Translations under genes and position numbers: made by a program
Shown here: positions 47,652-59,736 of the stretch, in pieces
Position numbering within the stretch: position 1 is the first letter of the stretch
How the letters are laid out: each line of letters begins with the position of its first letter
DNA from: Planctomycetota bacterium
GTDB lineage: Bacteria; Planctomycetota; UBA1135; UBA2386
Direction of reading: 5' to 3'
NCBI GenBank assembly: GCA_965223545.1
Contig: OZ245006.1
Span: 288,001 to 352,000, forward strand
Length of the DNA stretch: 64,000 nt
Notes under the pieces: generated by a model
Database searches by the model: none
Told to the model about the DNA's origin: nothing
Seen by the model: the letters and a program-made list of their open reading frames with translations, nothing else

Positions 47652-48383
47652 ATGAAGCCCTGGAAACGACTCGCCTCAGCCCCGATCCCGGGCACGGAGG
47701 ACACACTCGATCTCTATGGCCGCGACCGTGACTTCTACTTCCGCGTCAACGGCGTCGAGCTGATGAGCAGTCGAATGCACGGCTCGGAGGAGATTCTCGC
47801 CGAGCTCGCGTGCCAACGGATCGCGACCGTAGAAGCCCCACGGCTCCTGATCGGCGGCCTCGGCATGGGCTACACGCTCGCGCGCGCCCTGGCGCGATTG
47901 CCCGAGCCGGCCACGGTCGAGGTCGTCGAGCTGATCGAAGAGGTGATCGCCTGGAACCGCGGTCCGCTGGCCGAACTGACCGCCGCACCGCTCGACGATC
48001 CACGGGTCGCGATCCACCAAGGCGACGTCGCCGCCTACGTGCGCGGCGCACAGGATCGCTACGACGCGATTCTGCTCGATGTCGACAACGGTCCCGCCGG
48101 TCTGACGCGGGCGGACAACGCTCGGCTCTACAGCCGCACCGGCCTGGCGGCGCTGCGCGCCGCCCTGCGTCGCGACGGCGTGTTGCTGGTCTGGTCGGCG
48201 GCCCAAGAGCCGCAATTCCTGCGGCGCGTGCACGGCGCCGGCTTCGCCGTGGAGGAGATCCGGGTGCGTGCACGGCGCGACCGGGGGCCTCGCCGAACCA
48301 TCTACCTGGCGACGCGGGGCGTCGCCCGCGCGCGGCCGCGGCGGGCCGTACCGGGTGCCTCGCACCGGGGTCGCGAGCATTGA
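47652..48383 (+). CDS. Spermidine synthase-like SAM-dependent methyltransferase
   Basis: ELMSSRMHGSE, LIGGLGMGYT, and DAILLDVDNGP. Confidence 0.82.
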   Translation: MKPWKRLASAPIPGTEDTLDLYGRDRDFYFRVNGVELMSSRMHGSEEILAELACQRIATVEAPRLLIGGLGMGYTLARALARLPEPATVEVVELIEEVIAWNRGPLAELTAAPLDDPRVAIHQGDVAAYVRGAQDRYDAILLDVDNGPAGLTRADNARLYSRTGLAALRAALRRDGVLLVWSAAQEPQFLRRVHGAGFAVEEIRVRARRDRGPRRTIYLATRGVARARPRRAVPGASHRGREH

Positions 48384-48414
48384 CGCCGTACGCGGCGCGG
48401 CCAACGATGCCTTG

Positions 48415-48876
48415 ATGCCGGCCCATCCCGCGTCGCTGTTCATGCAGGAGCAGATCCCGTTCCACCGCTGGCTCGGGCTGCGGGTCGAGCCGACCGACTC
48501 CGACCGCGCCGCCTTTCGCCTGCCCTGGCGCGACGAGTTGACCGGCAACCCACTGCGGCCGGCGGTGCACGGCGGCGTGCTGGCAACGCTCGCCGACACC
48601 GCCGCGGTCACCGCGGTGTTGATCGCGTTGGCCGACGATCGCGGTCAGCCGACCGCCGGCGACCAGCTCAGCACCGTCGATCTGCGCATCGACTACCTGC
48701 GCGCCAGCCACGGCCGCGATCTGGTCGCCGCCGCCGAGGTCGTCCGCGCCGGGGGCCGGATCGCGGTGGCCAAGGTCGCGATCCACGAGGACGGGCTGCC
48801 GGCAGCCGGTGCGGGTGACCCGATCGCGATCGCGCACTCCGTGTTCGCGGTGCAGCGCCCCAAGTCGGCCGACTGA
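48415..48876 (+). CDS. PaaI-family hotdog thioesterase
   Basis: PFHRWLG, VHGGVLATLADTA, and STVDLRIDYLR. Confidence 0.85.
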   Translation: MPAHPASLFMQEQIPFHRWLGLRVEPTDSDRAAFRLPWRDELTGNPLRPAVHGGVLATLADTAAVTAVLIALADDRGQPTAGDQLSTVDLRIDYLRASHGRDLVAAAEVVRAGGRIAVAKVAIHEDGLPAAGAGDPIAIAHSVFAVQRPKSAD

Positions 48877-48901
48877 CGACGCGCGCCCCGCAGGTACGCG
48901 C

Positions 48902-49927
48902 TCAGCCGCCGCGCGTATGCATCTCCAAGCGCGGGTCGCTCCGCAGAGCGTCACGGTCCACCAGCGCACCGCGCTCGGCCACCGTGAGCCGCTCCTCGGC
49001 GCCGCGGTCGCGGCGGCGGCGCCACAGCCCGGCCAGCAAGGCGCTCAGGTTGGCGTCGTCGGCACCATTGCGCAGCGGCCCGCGAAGGTCGAACCCGTCG
49101 CGCGCATACAGACAGCGATACAGCGTCCCGTCCGCGGTCAGCCGCGCGCGATCGCAGCTGCCGCAGAACGGCGCGGTGGTCGACGCGATGACGCCGAAGA
49201 CTTGACCGTCGGGCAGTGCGAAGCGCTGCGCCGGCGCCGAGCCGCGCCCGGCCAGCGGCCGCGGGGCGCCGCGCGCGGCGGCGATCGTGGCCAGAATCTC
49301 GTCCCGCCCGAACACCTGTTCGGGCCGCCAGCGCGTCGCCCCGCCGACGTCCATGTACTCGATGAAGCGCACCTCGGCGTCGTGTTCGCGCCCCAGCTCG
49401 AGCATCGCCAACAGCTCGTCGTCGTTGCTGCCGCGCAGCACGACCATGTTCAGCTTGGTGCCCTCGAAGCCGGCGTCGCGCGCCGCGGCCAAGCCTGCCA
49501 TCACCGCATCCAGCTGGTCCCGGCCGACCATCTCCGCGAACCGCACACGCCGCGTGCTGTCGAGGCTGATGGTGATCCGCTGCAGGCCCGCGCGCCGCAG
49601 GGCGACCGCGTACTCTTCCAACAACACCGCGTTGGTGGTCAGCGCCACGTCGCGGATGCCCTCGATCCGCGCCAGCATGCGCACCAACACCGCCAGCTCG
49701 GCGCGCACCAACGGCTCACCGCCAGTCAGCCGCACGCGATCCACCCCGAGACCGGCGCACACCGTCACGACCCGCGCCAGCTCGTCGAAGGTCAACAGCT
49801 CCCGCCGCGGCAACCAGACGTAGTCGCGCTCGGGCATGCAGTAGCCGCAGCGCAGGTTGCAGCGGTCGGTGACCGACACTCGCAGGCTGCGCATCGGCCG
49901 GGCGTTCACGTCGTGGAGCGCTGGCAT
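48902..49927 (-). CDS. moaA: GTP 3',8-cyclase MoaA
   Basis: LRVSVTDRCNLRCGYCMP, RLTGGEP, FCGSCDRARLTADG..YRCL, C-terminal GG. Confidence 0.95.
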   Translation of the reverse strand: MPALHDVNARPMRSLRVSVTDRCNLRCGYCMPERDYVWLPRRELLTFDELARVVTVCAGLGVDRVRLTGGEPLVRAELAVLVRMLARIEGIRDVALTTNAVLLEEYAVALRRAGLQRITISLDSTRRVRFAEMVGRDQLDAVMAGLAAARDAGFEGTKLNMVVLRGSNDDELLAMLELGREHDAEVRFIEYMDVGGATRWRPEQVFGRDEILATIAAARGAPRPLAGRGSAPAQRFALPDGQVFGVIASTTAPFCGSCDRARLTADGTLYRCLYARDGFDLRGPLRNGADDANLSALLAGLWRRRRDRGAEERLTVAERGALVDRDALRSDPRLEMHTRGG

Positions 49928-50050
49928 CGATCGGTTCTCGAGAATGAGCGCGCCGCTCGAACGGCCGCCCAACAGACCGTAGTTCGGTGCTCGAGGCCGG
50001 GCAACCGGGTGCGCCGGCCAGTGCGCGCCAACCCGCCGCGCGGTGCCGGC

Positions 50051-50374
50051 TCAGCCGGTGGCGTCGGTCTTCTGCGCGCGGGTGTGGGCGCGGTTGCGGC
50101 CGCGCACCGCCTTGACCAGCGGGAACTTGACCGTCTTGCCGCCGCGCTCGATGACGATGACGCCGGTCTTGATGGCGCGGGTCGACAGCTTCATGCGCAG
50201 CACGGTGCCGTCCGGGGTCAGCACCCGCACGGTCTGGATGTTCGGCTTGAAGGTGCGCTTGGTGCGCCCCGTCACCCGCCGGCCGACGCCGCCCTTCTTC
50301 TTGGCCAGGCCGCGGCGGGCGACGCGATGGCCGACCCGGGTGCGGCGACCGGTGACTTCACAGACTCGCGACAT
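50051..50374 (-). CDS. rpmB: 50S ribosomal protein L28
   Basis: MSRVCEVTG...RRGLAKKKGGVG...KRTFKPNIQ...LSTRAIKT. Confidence 0.92.
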   Translation of the reverse strand: MSRVCEVTGRRTRVGHRVARRGLAKKKGGVGRRVTGRTKRTFKPNIQTVRVLTPDGTVLRMKLSTRAIKTGVIVIERGGKTVKFPLVKAVRGRNRAHTRAQKTDATG

Positions 50375-50518
50375 GGAAGGTGGCGTCCTCGATACAGTCA
50401 GGCGAAAGAGGGGCGAGAATGGTAGCGGCGGGGGCCGGCGGGGCAAGCACTGGCCGCAAAACCCTCAAACCGAGCAGCGGCGCGCCGCTCAGAGGGGCCT
50501 TCAGAGATCGGCGGCCGC

Positions 50519-51481
50519 TCAATCCGCGCCCTCCACCGCCGGAGGCAGCTCGGTGCGCAGCGCGCCTTGGCCGGCACGGACCGCGACGATGACGACCCCC
50601 ACCAGCATCATCGACAGGCACAGGACCTGGCCCATCGTCAGCCCGAGCCAGACCGTTCCCAGCGGGTCGTCCGCGTCGCGGAACTGCTCGTCCGGCTGCC
50701 GGTAGTCCTCGATGAGGAAGCGGAACAGACCGTAGCCGAACATGAACAAGGCGCCGTACATCCCGATCCCCAGCGGCTTTCGCTTGGTCCACAAGTAGAC
50801 CCCCAGCAGCACGAGCCCCAGCAGCAGACCCTCGCCGAGCGCTTCGTACAGCTGGCTCGGATGGCGCAGCGGCACCTGGTCCATCACCTCGGCCCACTGG
50901 CCGTTGTCGATCGCCGCGCGCAGCTGGGCCTCGCGGTCGCGCATGCCCTCGCCGCCGATGCCGAGCAGTCGCGAGGCCACCGGATCGGTGGGAAAGCGCA
51001 TCGCCCAAGGCACGCTGGCGTCGGTGACGCGCCCGTACAGCTCGCCGTTGATGAAGTTGGCGCAGCGCACGGCGAAGATGCCCGGGGTCACCGCCAGCGC
51101 GAGGCAATCGAGCAGCCGCAGGGCCGGCACGCGGTGCCGGCGGGCGAACAGGAGGGTGGCGAGGATCACCCCGAGCAGACCGCCGTGGAACGACAGCCCA
51201 CCCTCCCAGACGGCGATCACCCGCCAGCTGGCGAGCAGCTCGGGCCGGTAGAACAGGCAGTAGCCGATCCGCCCGCCGAGCATCACGCCCAAGACCAGCC
51301 AGAACACCAGATCGCCGGCGCGCACGGCGGGCAGCGGGAACAGCCGCGCCCGCGCCAGCCGGACCAGGATCCAGTGGGCGACGACGAAGCCGATGATGTA
51401 GCCGAGGCTGTACCAGCGGATCTGCAGCGGCCCGAGCTCCAGCAGCACCGGGCTCCAGCACGGAAAGAGGATTTCGCCCAT
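50519..51481 (-). CDS. lgt: Prolipoprotein diacylglyceryl transferase
   Basis: IRWYS, GGRIGY, WEGGLSFHGG, RCANFINGELYGR, RHPSQLYE. Confidence 0.95.
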   Translation of the reverse strand: MGEILFPCWSPVLLELGPLQIRWYSLGYIIGFVVAHWILVRLARARLFPLPAVRAGDLVFWLVLGVMLGGRIGYCLFYRPELLASWRVIAVWEGGLSFHGGLLGVILATLLFARRHRVPALRLLDCLALAVTPGIFAVRCANFINGELYGRVTDASVPWAMRFPTDPVASRLLGIGGEGMRDREAQLRAAIDNGQWAEVMDQVPLRHPSQLYEALGEGLLLGLVLLGVYLWTKRKPLGIGMYGALFMFGYGLFRFLIEDYRQPDEQFRDADDPLGTVWLGLTMGQVLCLSMMLVGVVIVAVRAGQGALRTELPPAVEGAD

Positions 51482-51644
51482 CGGAGAGTTGCGCGCGATG
51501 ATGGGCGACCCGCGCCGAAGAAGCCACACCACCGGCGACTTCGCCGGGAGCCCCAGCCAAAGCCCCAGCCCGGCGGCAGCCGCGGGCCGCGCCAAGTGCC
51601 ATGCCGTTTTTTATGCCGGCAGCGACGATACGCTGGCCGTCGCG

Positions 51645-52484
51645 ATGCTCGACCTGCACCAGAATCTGCGCTCGGTCCTCGACGAACCGGCACGCGCCTG
51701 GCTCGACGGGGCGCGCGAGCGGGTCGCGAACGAGGGCCCGCTGGCCGTCGCCGAGCTGCTGCCGCAGCTGCCGCGCCGGCTCGGCCGCACCACGCTGGGC
51801 GGCGGCCGGGTGACGGTCGGCGACGGCAGCATCGACCTCGACGCCTGGCGCGCCTGCGATGCCGGCGCCCTCGTCCTGTTGCGGCGCGACGACGCGCCCG
51901 ACGCGGTCGAGCTCGATCTGTTCGCGCACGGCGACCTCGAGGAGCGCGCCATGGTGCTGCGCTGCGCCGCAGTCCTGCCGGTGCGCGAGGCCACGGTGCA
52001 GCTGCTCGAAGAGGTCCAGCGCACCAACACCGTCAGCCACGTCGAGGCCGGCGCCCTCGACAGCGACCTGCTGGCGCGCGCGCACGGCACCGGCGGCTTC
52101 GACGCGGACGCCTTCAACCGCCTCATGCTCAAGGTCGCCTTTCTCGACCTGCCGCTGCACCGGGTGTTCGACGCCGAGATGCACGCCAACCCCGAGCTGT
52201 CGCGCATGCTGTGCGGGCTCGCCACCGAGCGCGAGGCGGCCGGCCGCGCGGTGTGGACCGACACCAACTGGATGATTGCGCACGCACCGGCACCGGGCAC
52301 GCTGGCCCGGCTGATCGGCCAGCTCGAACACGGCGACGCGCGCCACCGGCTGGCGGCGGCGCGCGGCTTGGCCCTGCTGCGCAGCGCCGAGGCCCGCCCC
52401 TTCCTGCGCGAGCGCGCCGCGCGCGAGCCGATCGAAGCCATCGAGCGCGTGCTGCGCGCCGCCGGCGACGGCGAGGACGCCTGA
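51645..52484 (+). CDS. eboA: EboA-domain protein
   Basis: GDLEERAMVL, VQRTN, and FNRLMLKVAF...ANPELSRML..LATEREAAGRAV; adjacent to the TatD-like EboB gene. Confidence 0.72.
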   Translation: MLDLHQNLRSVLDEPARAWLDGARERVANEGPLAVAELLPQLPRRLGRTTLGGGRVTVGDGSIDLDAWRACDAGALVLLRRDDAPDAVELDLFAHGDLEERAMVLRCAAVLPVREATVQLLEEVQRTNTVSHVEAGALDSDLLARAHGTGGFDADAFNRLMLKVAFLDLPLHRVFDAEMHANPELSRMLCGLATEREAAGRAVWTDTNWMIAHAPAPGTLARLIGQLEHGDARHRLAAARGLALLRSAEARPFLRERAAREPIEAIERVLRAAGDGEDA

Positions 52485-52522
52485 GCAGAGAGCCCGCCCG
52501 AACGCCCTTGAAGGACTGAGTC

Positions 52523-53397
52523 ATGCGCATCTTCGAACCCCACGCCCACATGTTCAGCCGCGTCACCGACGACTACGAGCGCATGGCGCTCGCCGGCGTC
52601 CGCGCGGTACTCGAGCCGGCGTTCTGGCTCGGCCAGAACCGCACCTCGGTGGGCACCTTCATCGACTACTTCGACACGATCATCGGCTGGGAGCGCTTCC
52701 GCGCGCAGCAGTTCGGCATCCACCACTACTGCACGATGGCGCTCAACCCGCGCGAGGCCAACGACGACCGCGTCAACGACGCGGTGATGGAGATCCTGCC
52801 GCGCTACCTGGAGAAGGACAGCGTGCTCGGCGTCGGCGAGATCGGCCTCGACGACCAGACCCAAAAAGAAGAGAAGTACTACATCGCGCAGCTCGAGCTC
52901 GGGCTGAAACACGACCTACCGATCCTGGTGCACACCCCCCACCGCGACAAGATGCGCGGCTTCGAGCGCTGCGTCGACATCCTGCGCGACATGAGCTACC
53001 CGATGGAGCGGGTGCTGCTCGACCACGGCAACGAGGAAACCATCGTCCTCACCCGCGAGCTCGGCTGCTATTCGGGCTTCTCGATCTACCCGCACACCAA
53101 GATGGATCCGCCGCGCATGGTGCGCATCCTGCAGGAGTACGGGACCGAGCGGATGATCATCAACAGCGCCTGCGACTGGGGTGTCAGCGATCCGCTGATG
53201 GTGCCGAAGACGGTGATGAAGATGGAGCAGGCGGGCTTCGACGACGCCGCGATCCACACCTTGGTGTGGGACAACCCGATCGAGTTCTTCAGCCAGGGCG
53301 GCCGGCTGGATCGGACCGCGCTGGAGCGGCCGGCGCAGATCGACCGGCGCGAGACCTGGGACGGCAACTCCGTGCTGCGCGGCCAAGACCCCGACGC

Positions 53398-53401
<4 letters not shown>
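52523..53401 (+). CDS. eboB: TatD-family hydrolase (EboB type)
   Basis: PHAHMFSRVTDDYE, EPAFWLGQ.R, GEIG, HTPHRDK, NSACDWGVSDPL. Confidence 0.85.
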
Positions 53402-54984
<1,583 letters not shown>

Positions 54985-55034
54985 GGGCGAGACCGCCGGC
55001 CCGGTCCTCGGCGGTCACGACCCACAACCGCCAC

Positions 55035-55961
55035 TCAGCCGCCGTTGCCCTGACCGCCCTCGCCACTCGCGCCGCCCTCTGCTTGCTCCGCCGCCCGCGC
55101 CGCCGCCGCCTCCGCCGCCTTGAGCTCGTACTGAATGTGCGTGCGCGCCGGCAAGTGGTCCATCACCGGGATGAAGCTCTTGCCCGGCGGCAGCTCGATG
55201 CGAAACGACTCGACCTCCATCGGCGCGTTCAGCGCGAGCCGGTCGATGGAAACCCGCGCGACCTCGCGTCCATCCGCCCACAGCGTCATCTGGCGGATCA
55301 CCAAGTCGGACTGGCGCACTTGTAGCTCGACGCGGTCGGGTTGCCCCTCCTCGGCCAGGCCCGCCGGCGGCTGCTCATCGCCGCCGACTCCGGCGCGGCG
55401 GTCGCCCTGGATCAGCCAGCACTCTTCGCCCTCTTGGCGCGAGGCGGTCACCGAGAGGTCGTAGTGCTGGTCGAGGCTCTCGAGCATCTCCGCGCCGAGC
55501 GGGTCCTTGGCCTTGTTGCCGAGGTCGCCGGGCACATCGCCCTCCTTGCCGAGGACCTCGCTGGCCCACTCCAACCGCTCGACCAGCTCGGGCTCCATCC
55601 GCAGGTAGGTCGGACCGAACGCCGGGTCCTGCTCGCGGATCCACACCCCCTGCGGCGTCTTGACCGTCTCGTGCTCGGAGACCACCTGACCGTTGTCGAA
55701 GACGGCGCGGTTCTCGATGTGGACATGTGTCGTGCCGAGGACACGGATGGTGCCCTTGATCTCAAACGCGGTGCCGCCGGCGAAGCGGCCCGTGCTGGTC
55801 ATCTCCATCTCGACCGAGGTCGACTCCTTCTGCCGCTCCCGCAGCGTCTTCACAAGTTCCGCTAGCGTGGGCGGTTGGCCCTCGCCCTGGGGGGCGACGG
55901 CGGCGCCGGCCGGCAGCGCGGCGAGGAGGAGGCAAAGAGTTCCGCAAGTGGTACGCTTCAT
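55035..55961 (-). CDS. Secreted hypothetical protein (possibly LolA-like fold)
   Basis: Signal peptide MKRTTCGTLCLLLAALPAGA; beta-rich body ending in ...VESFRIELPPG. Confidence 0.6.
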   Translation of the reverse strand: MKRTTCGTLCLLLAALPAGAAVAPQGEGQPPTLAELVKTLRERQKESTSVEMEMTSTGRFAGGTAFEIKGTIRVLGTTHVHIENRAVFDNGQVVSEHETVKTPQGVWIREQDPAFGPTYLRMEPELVERLEWASEVLGKEGDVPGDLGNKAKDPLGAEMLESLDQHYDLSVTASRQEGEECWLIQGDRRAGVGGDEQPPAGLAEEGQPDRVELQVRQSDLVIRQMTLWADGREVARVSIDRLALNAPMEVESFRIELPPGKSFIPVMDHLPARTHIQYELKAAEAAAARAAEQAEGGASGEGGQGNGG

Positions 55962-56113
55962 GCTGTTCGTTGCGCCCTGGCGCGAGCGCGCTCCGTGGCT
56001 GGCCGCCGCCCCAGCCTACACCGGGCTTCAGATTACCCGGACCACTGGGAACGCTCGCAGCGAAGCTCGAAACAACAAAGATCATGCCAACAACGGCAGA
56101 TCGGAGACCCGCG

Positions 56114-57307
56114 ATGCGCAGATTCGCTCTTCTCATTCCCCTCGGCCTTGCCGCGACCGGCGGCTCGGTGGCCGCCGACGAGCTGCAGCTCGCTGACGGC
56201 CGCGTGCTGGTCGGTGCGGTCGAGACCCGCGGCAACGACTACCGGGTGCGCACCCGCGACGGCGTCGTCACGGTGCCGATGGGCGACGTCGTCCGCCACC
56301 GCACCGACGACGACCTCCGCGCCGCGCTGTCGGCGTTGGCGGAGCGCGTCGGCGACGACGGCTACTCCCGCGTGCAGCTCGCCCGCACCGCGTTCGGCTG
56401 GGGACTGGACGACGAGATGTGGGAGCATCTCGACGCCGCCGTCGAGCGCACGCGGCCGCGCTCGGCGGGCGACAAGGCGCTGCGCTCGCTGCTCGCCGAA
56501 CTCGAGCCCGCCCTGTTGCCCGCGGAGCACCGCGATGCCGACCCCGAAGTCCGAGTCCGCCAGCTGCTGCTGCGGCTGCGCCCCGGCAGCTCGCCGGCCA
56601 AACAGGCCGTCGTGCAGGAGCTGCTGGCGCGCGAGCCCGACGCCGACGCCCTGCTGCGGACGAAAGCGCGCGTGGCGACGCGGCCGCTGCACCGCGCCGC
56701 CGCGGTCCACGCCCTCGCGCGCCGCGAGGCCGAGGGCAACGATACGTTCGTGTTCCGCAGCCTGGTGATGGACGGCTCGCAGGACGTGCGCGATGCCGCC
56801 GCCCGCGCCACGCTGCGCAGCGGCCAGCGCGAGCAAGCGGTCCAGTACATCGCCGGCGGCCTGATGCACGACCACCCCGAGATCCGCGGGCGCACCGCGC
56901 ACGCGATGGCCAACCTCGGCTCGATGGCGGCGGTGCCGCTGCTGGTCGCCGCCGGCCCGCTGGCGGGCACGCCGCGGGCGAGCCTGGCCGAGGGCGGCGG
57001 CGAGCGCGGCCACGTCGCGTTCATCGAGCAGACCAGCTTCATCCGCGACTTCGACGTCGAGGTCGCGCAGGCGTCCTTCATCGCCGATCCCAAGGTCGAC
57101 GTGCTGCAGTCCGGCACGGTCCTCGACGTCTCCGTGCACGCCGTCACCCGACACCGGACCGAGATCGTCCGCGCCTACCGGCGCGCGCTGCACCACCTCA
57201 CCGGCAGCGATCCGGGCAACCGCACGGCGAAATGGGCCGAGTGGATGCAGCAGCTGAAGCCGCGGCAAGCAGCGGCGACCACGGCGGCTCGCACCGCGCA
57301 GCAGTAA
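56114..57307 (+). CDS. Secreted HEAT-repeat-containing hypothetical protein
   Basis: GGAG RBS, signal peptide, DELQLADGRVLVG, helical repeats (DVRDAAA, EIRGRTAHAMANLG), and FIRDFDVEVAQ. Confidence 0.65.
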   Translation: MRRFALLIPLGLAATGGSVAADELQLADGRVLVGAVETRGNDYRVRTRDGVVTVPMGDVVRHRTDDDLRAALSALAERVGDDGYSRVQLARTAFGWGLDDEMWEHLDAAVERTRPRSAGDKALRSLLAELEPALLPAEHRDADPEVRVRQLLLRLRPGSSPAKQAVVQELLAREPDADALLRTKARVATRPLHRAAAVHALARREAEGNDTFVFRSLVMDGSQDVRDAAARATLRSGQREQAVQYIAGGLMHDHPEIRGRTAHAMANLGSMAAVPLLVAAGPLAGTPRASLAEGGGERGHVAFIEQTSFIRDFDVEVAQASFIADPKVDVLQSGTVLDVSVHAVTRHRTEIVRAYRRALHHLTGSDPGNRTAKWAEWMQQLKPRQAAATTAARTAQQ

Positions 57308-57386
57308 GACTGCACCCTGGCGGGCGACTCGAACCCGGCGGGAAACGGGCTTTCCCGAGGGACGCCGGCCTGCTCTGCTGGCGGCC

Positions 57387-58814
57387 GTGACTAGCCCGCG
57401 CCCCAAGCCCGACGTCGCGCTGATCGGCCTCGCCGCCATGGGCCAGAACCTGGCCCTCAACATCGCCCGCAAGGGCTTTCCGCTCGTCGTCCACAACCGC
57501 ACGGCGGAGCGCACCCGCGCGTTCCTCGAGCAGCGGGTGCACGGCGAGCCGATCTTCGGCGCCGACAGCTTGGCCGGGTTGGTGGAGCAAACCGCGGCGC
57601 CGCGCACCGTCTTGTTGATGGTCAAAGCCGGTGCGCCGGTCGACGAGACGTTGGCGGCACTGCTGCCGCTCCTCTCTGCCGACGACATCGTCATCGACGC
57701 GGGCAACTCCCACCCCGACGCCACCGAGCGCCGGTTCGCAGAAGTCGAACAACGCGGCGTCCACTATGTCGGCCTCGGGGTCTCGGGCGGCGAGCAGGGC
57801 GCCCTCGAGGGCGCCAGCCTGATGCCGGGCTGTGACCAGGAGACCTACGCCCGGCTGGCGCCGATGCTGGAGGCGATCGCCGCGCAGGCCTCCGGCGAGC
57901 CCTGCGTCGCCCACCTCGGCCCCGGCGCCACCGGCCACTTCGTCAAGATGGTGCACAACGGCATCGAGTATGCCGACATGCAGCTGATCGCCGAGACGCA
58001 CGACCTGATGCGGCACGCGCTGCGCCTGCAGCCCGCCGAACAGGCAGCGGTGTTCGCGCGGTGGAACGACGGCGACCTGGCCGGCTACCTGATCGAGATC
58101 ACCGCCCACATCCTTGAGCAGCACGACGCCGAGACCGGCACGCCGATGGTCGACGTGATCCTCGACCGCGCCGGCCAGAAGGGCACCGGGCGGTGGACCG
58201 CCGAGCTCGCGCTCCGTCTCGGGGTGCCGGTGCCGACGATCCACGCCGCGGTGTCGGCGCGCGGGCTGTCGGCGCGCCTGGCGGAGCGACGCCGCGCGGC
58301 CGCCGTGCTGACCGGTCCGGACAGCGACCCGGTGACCGACCGCCGGTTGGTGGACGATCTCGAGCACGCGCTCTACGCCGCCAAGGTGTGCAGCTATGCG
58401 CAGGGCTTCGACCTGCTGCGCCACGCCAGCGCACACCACGGTTGGCAGCTCGACCTGGGCGCGGTGGCGCGCATTTGGCGCAACGGGTGCATCATCCGCG
58501 CCGCCCTGCTCGAGCGCATCACCGAGGCCTACGCCGCCGGCGCGGACCTGCCCCATCTGCTGCTGGATCCCGGCTTGGGCGCGCGTTTGGGCGAGCACCA
58601 GCGCTCGTGGCGCGAGGTCGTCGGCCTGGCCGCGACCAGCGGCGTGCCGGCCCTGGCGTTCGGCGCCAGCCTGTCGTACTTCGACAGCTACCGCCGCGAC
58701 CGGCTGCCGCAGGCGCTGACCCAGGCGCAGCGCGACCTGTTCGGCGCGCACACCTTCGAGCGCGTCGATCGCCCCGAGGGCGAGCGGTTTCACCACGAGT
58801 GGGGATTCGACTGA
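57387..58814 (+). CDS. gnd: NADP-dependent 6-phosphogluconate dehydrogenase, decarboxylating
   Basis: IGLAAMGQNLALN, GVSGGEQGA, GHFVKMVHNGIEY, QKGTG, QAQRDLFGAHT. Confidence 0.96.
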   Translation: MTSPRPKPDVALIGLAAMGQNLALNIARKGFPLVVHNRTAERTRAFLEQRVHGEPIFGADSLAGLVEQTAAPRTVLLMVKAGAPVDETLAALLPLLSADDIVIDAGNSHPDATERRFAEVEQRGVHYVGLGVSGGEQGALEGASLMPGCDQETYARLAPMLEAIAAQASGEPCVAHLGPGATGHFVKMVHNGIEYADMQLIAETHDLMRHALRLQPAEQAAVFARWNDGDLAGYLIEITAHILEQHDAETGTPMVDVILDRAGQKGTGRWTAELALRLGVPVPTIHAAVSARGLSARLAERRRAAAVLTGPDSDPVTDRRLVDDLEHALYAAKVCSYAQGFDLLRHASAHHGWQLDLGAVARIWRNGCIIRAALLERITEAYAAGADLPHLLLDPGLGARLGEHQRSWREVVGLAATSGVPALAFGASLSYFDSYRRDRLPQALTQAQRDLFGAHTFERVDRPEGERFHHEWGFD

Positions 58815-58967
58815 CGCGCGGTCGCGCCGGTGCCATGGACGGCGGCACGCCGCGCGCCGCGGAGGCCGCCGAGCCGGCTTGACCGCGGCCACCGCGGTGG
58901 TCGATCCAACGCATGTGAGCGCACCAGCAGCACACGGCCAGCCACGCGGCGACGAGTGGTGGCCTGC

Positions 58968-59336
58968 ATGACCGTGGCCCGCCGTGTCGACGTGCTGGTG
59001 GTCTCTCGACAGCCGGCCTCGGTCGGCCCGCTGCTGCGCGCGGTCGCCGAGGCGGACTGCGGCGCCGACCTCGCCGCCGACCTGGCCGAGGCCCGCCAGC
59101 TGTTCTTCGAGCAGGGCGGCCACCAGCTGTTGGTGCTCGCTCCCGACCTCTCGCCCGGCAGCGCCCGGCGCATCGTCGGCGATCTCCGCGCCCTGGATCC
59201 GGAGCTCGGCGTGGTCGCCTTCGCGGACCGCCAGCTGGGCACGGCGCCGTGCCCGCGGTCGACGCGTGCCAGCGCCTTCCACCCGGCCTCACGCGCCGGC
59301 ATCGGTGCCGTGCTCAAGGCGCTGCAACGGCTCTGA
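58968..59336 (+). CDS. Small pseudo-receiver-like protein
   Basis: Alternating beta/alpha pattern like CheY (VDVLVVS, EARQLF, QLLVLAPDL) but without the canonical acidic residues. Confidence 0.45.
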   Translation: MTVARRVDVLVVSRQPASVGPLLRAVAEADCGADLAADLAEARQLFFEQGGHQLLVLAPDLSPGSARRIVGDLRALDPELGVVAFADRQLGTAPCPRSTRASAFHPASRAGIGAVLKALQRL

Positions 59337-59342
59337 GAGCCT

Positions 59343-59600
59343 TCAGAGCAAGTGGAACGCCGACTGCTGGCCGCAGCGGCAGCGCAGCCGGATGACTTCG
59401 GCACCCTGCGTGCGCGCGAGCTGCGCCGCGCGCGACAGCAGCGACAGCGACACCGGCCGCAGGGAGGACTCGACGTCGGCCCCCGGCTCGGGGGCGTCCG
59501 CGTAGCCGATGCGCCCCAAGCACCGTCGGCACGCGAGGCAGCACACCGCGACCCGGCGCTCGATCTCCTCGGGGAGCAGTACGGTTTCGAACAGGTCCAA
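59343..59600 (-). CDS. Small Cys-rich hypothetical protein (possible zinc ribbon)
   Basis: CCLACRRC and CRCG motifs; fills the gap between neighbouring genes. TTG start uncertain. Confidence 0.4.
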   Translation of the reverse strand: MDLFETVLLPEEIERRVAVCCLACRRCLGRIGYADAPEPGADVESSLRPVSLSLLSRAAQLARTQGAEVIRLRCRCGQQSAFHLL

Positions 59601-59736
59601 GGGTCTGCGGGGTTGGATGCGCGGCTGGCGCGGGGCGGCGCGAGGGCTCTGACGCCGGCATCTTGCGGGATATTCTGCAAACGCGCAACGCCGCGTGTCA
59701 CCGGCCACGCCATCGGCGCCACAAGGAGATGGAGCC

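Noticed and set aside
57316..57360. Minus-strand GGGTTCGAGTC resembling a tRNA T-loop, plus a short hairpin
   Set aside because: The T-stem does not pair and no cloverleaf can be drawn, so it is not a tRNA.
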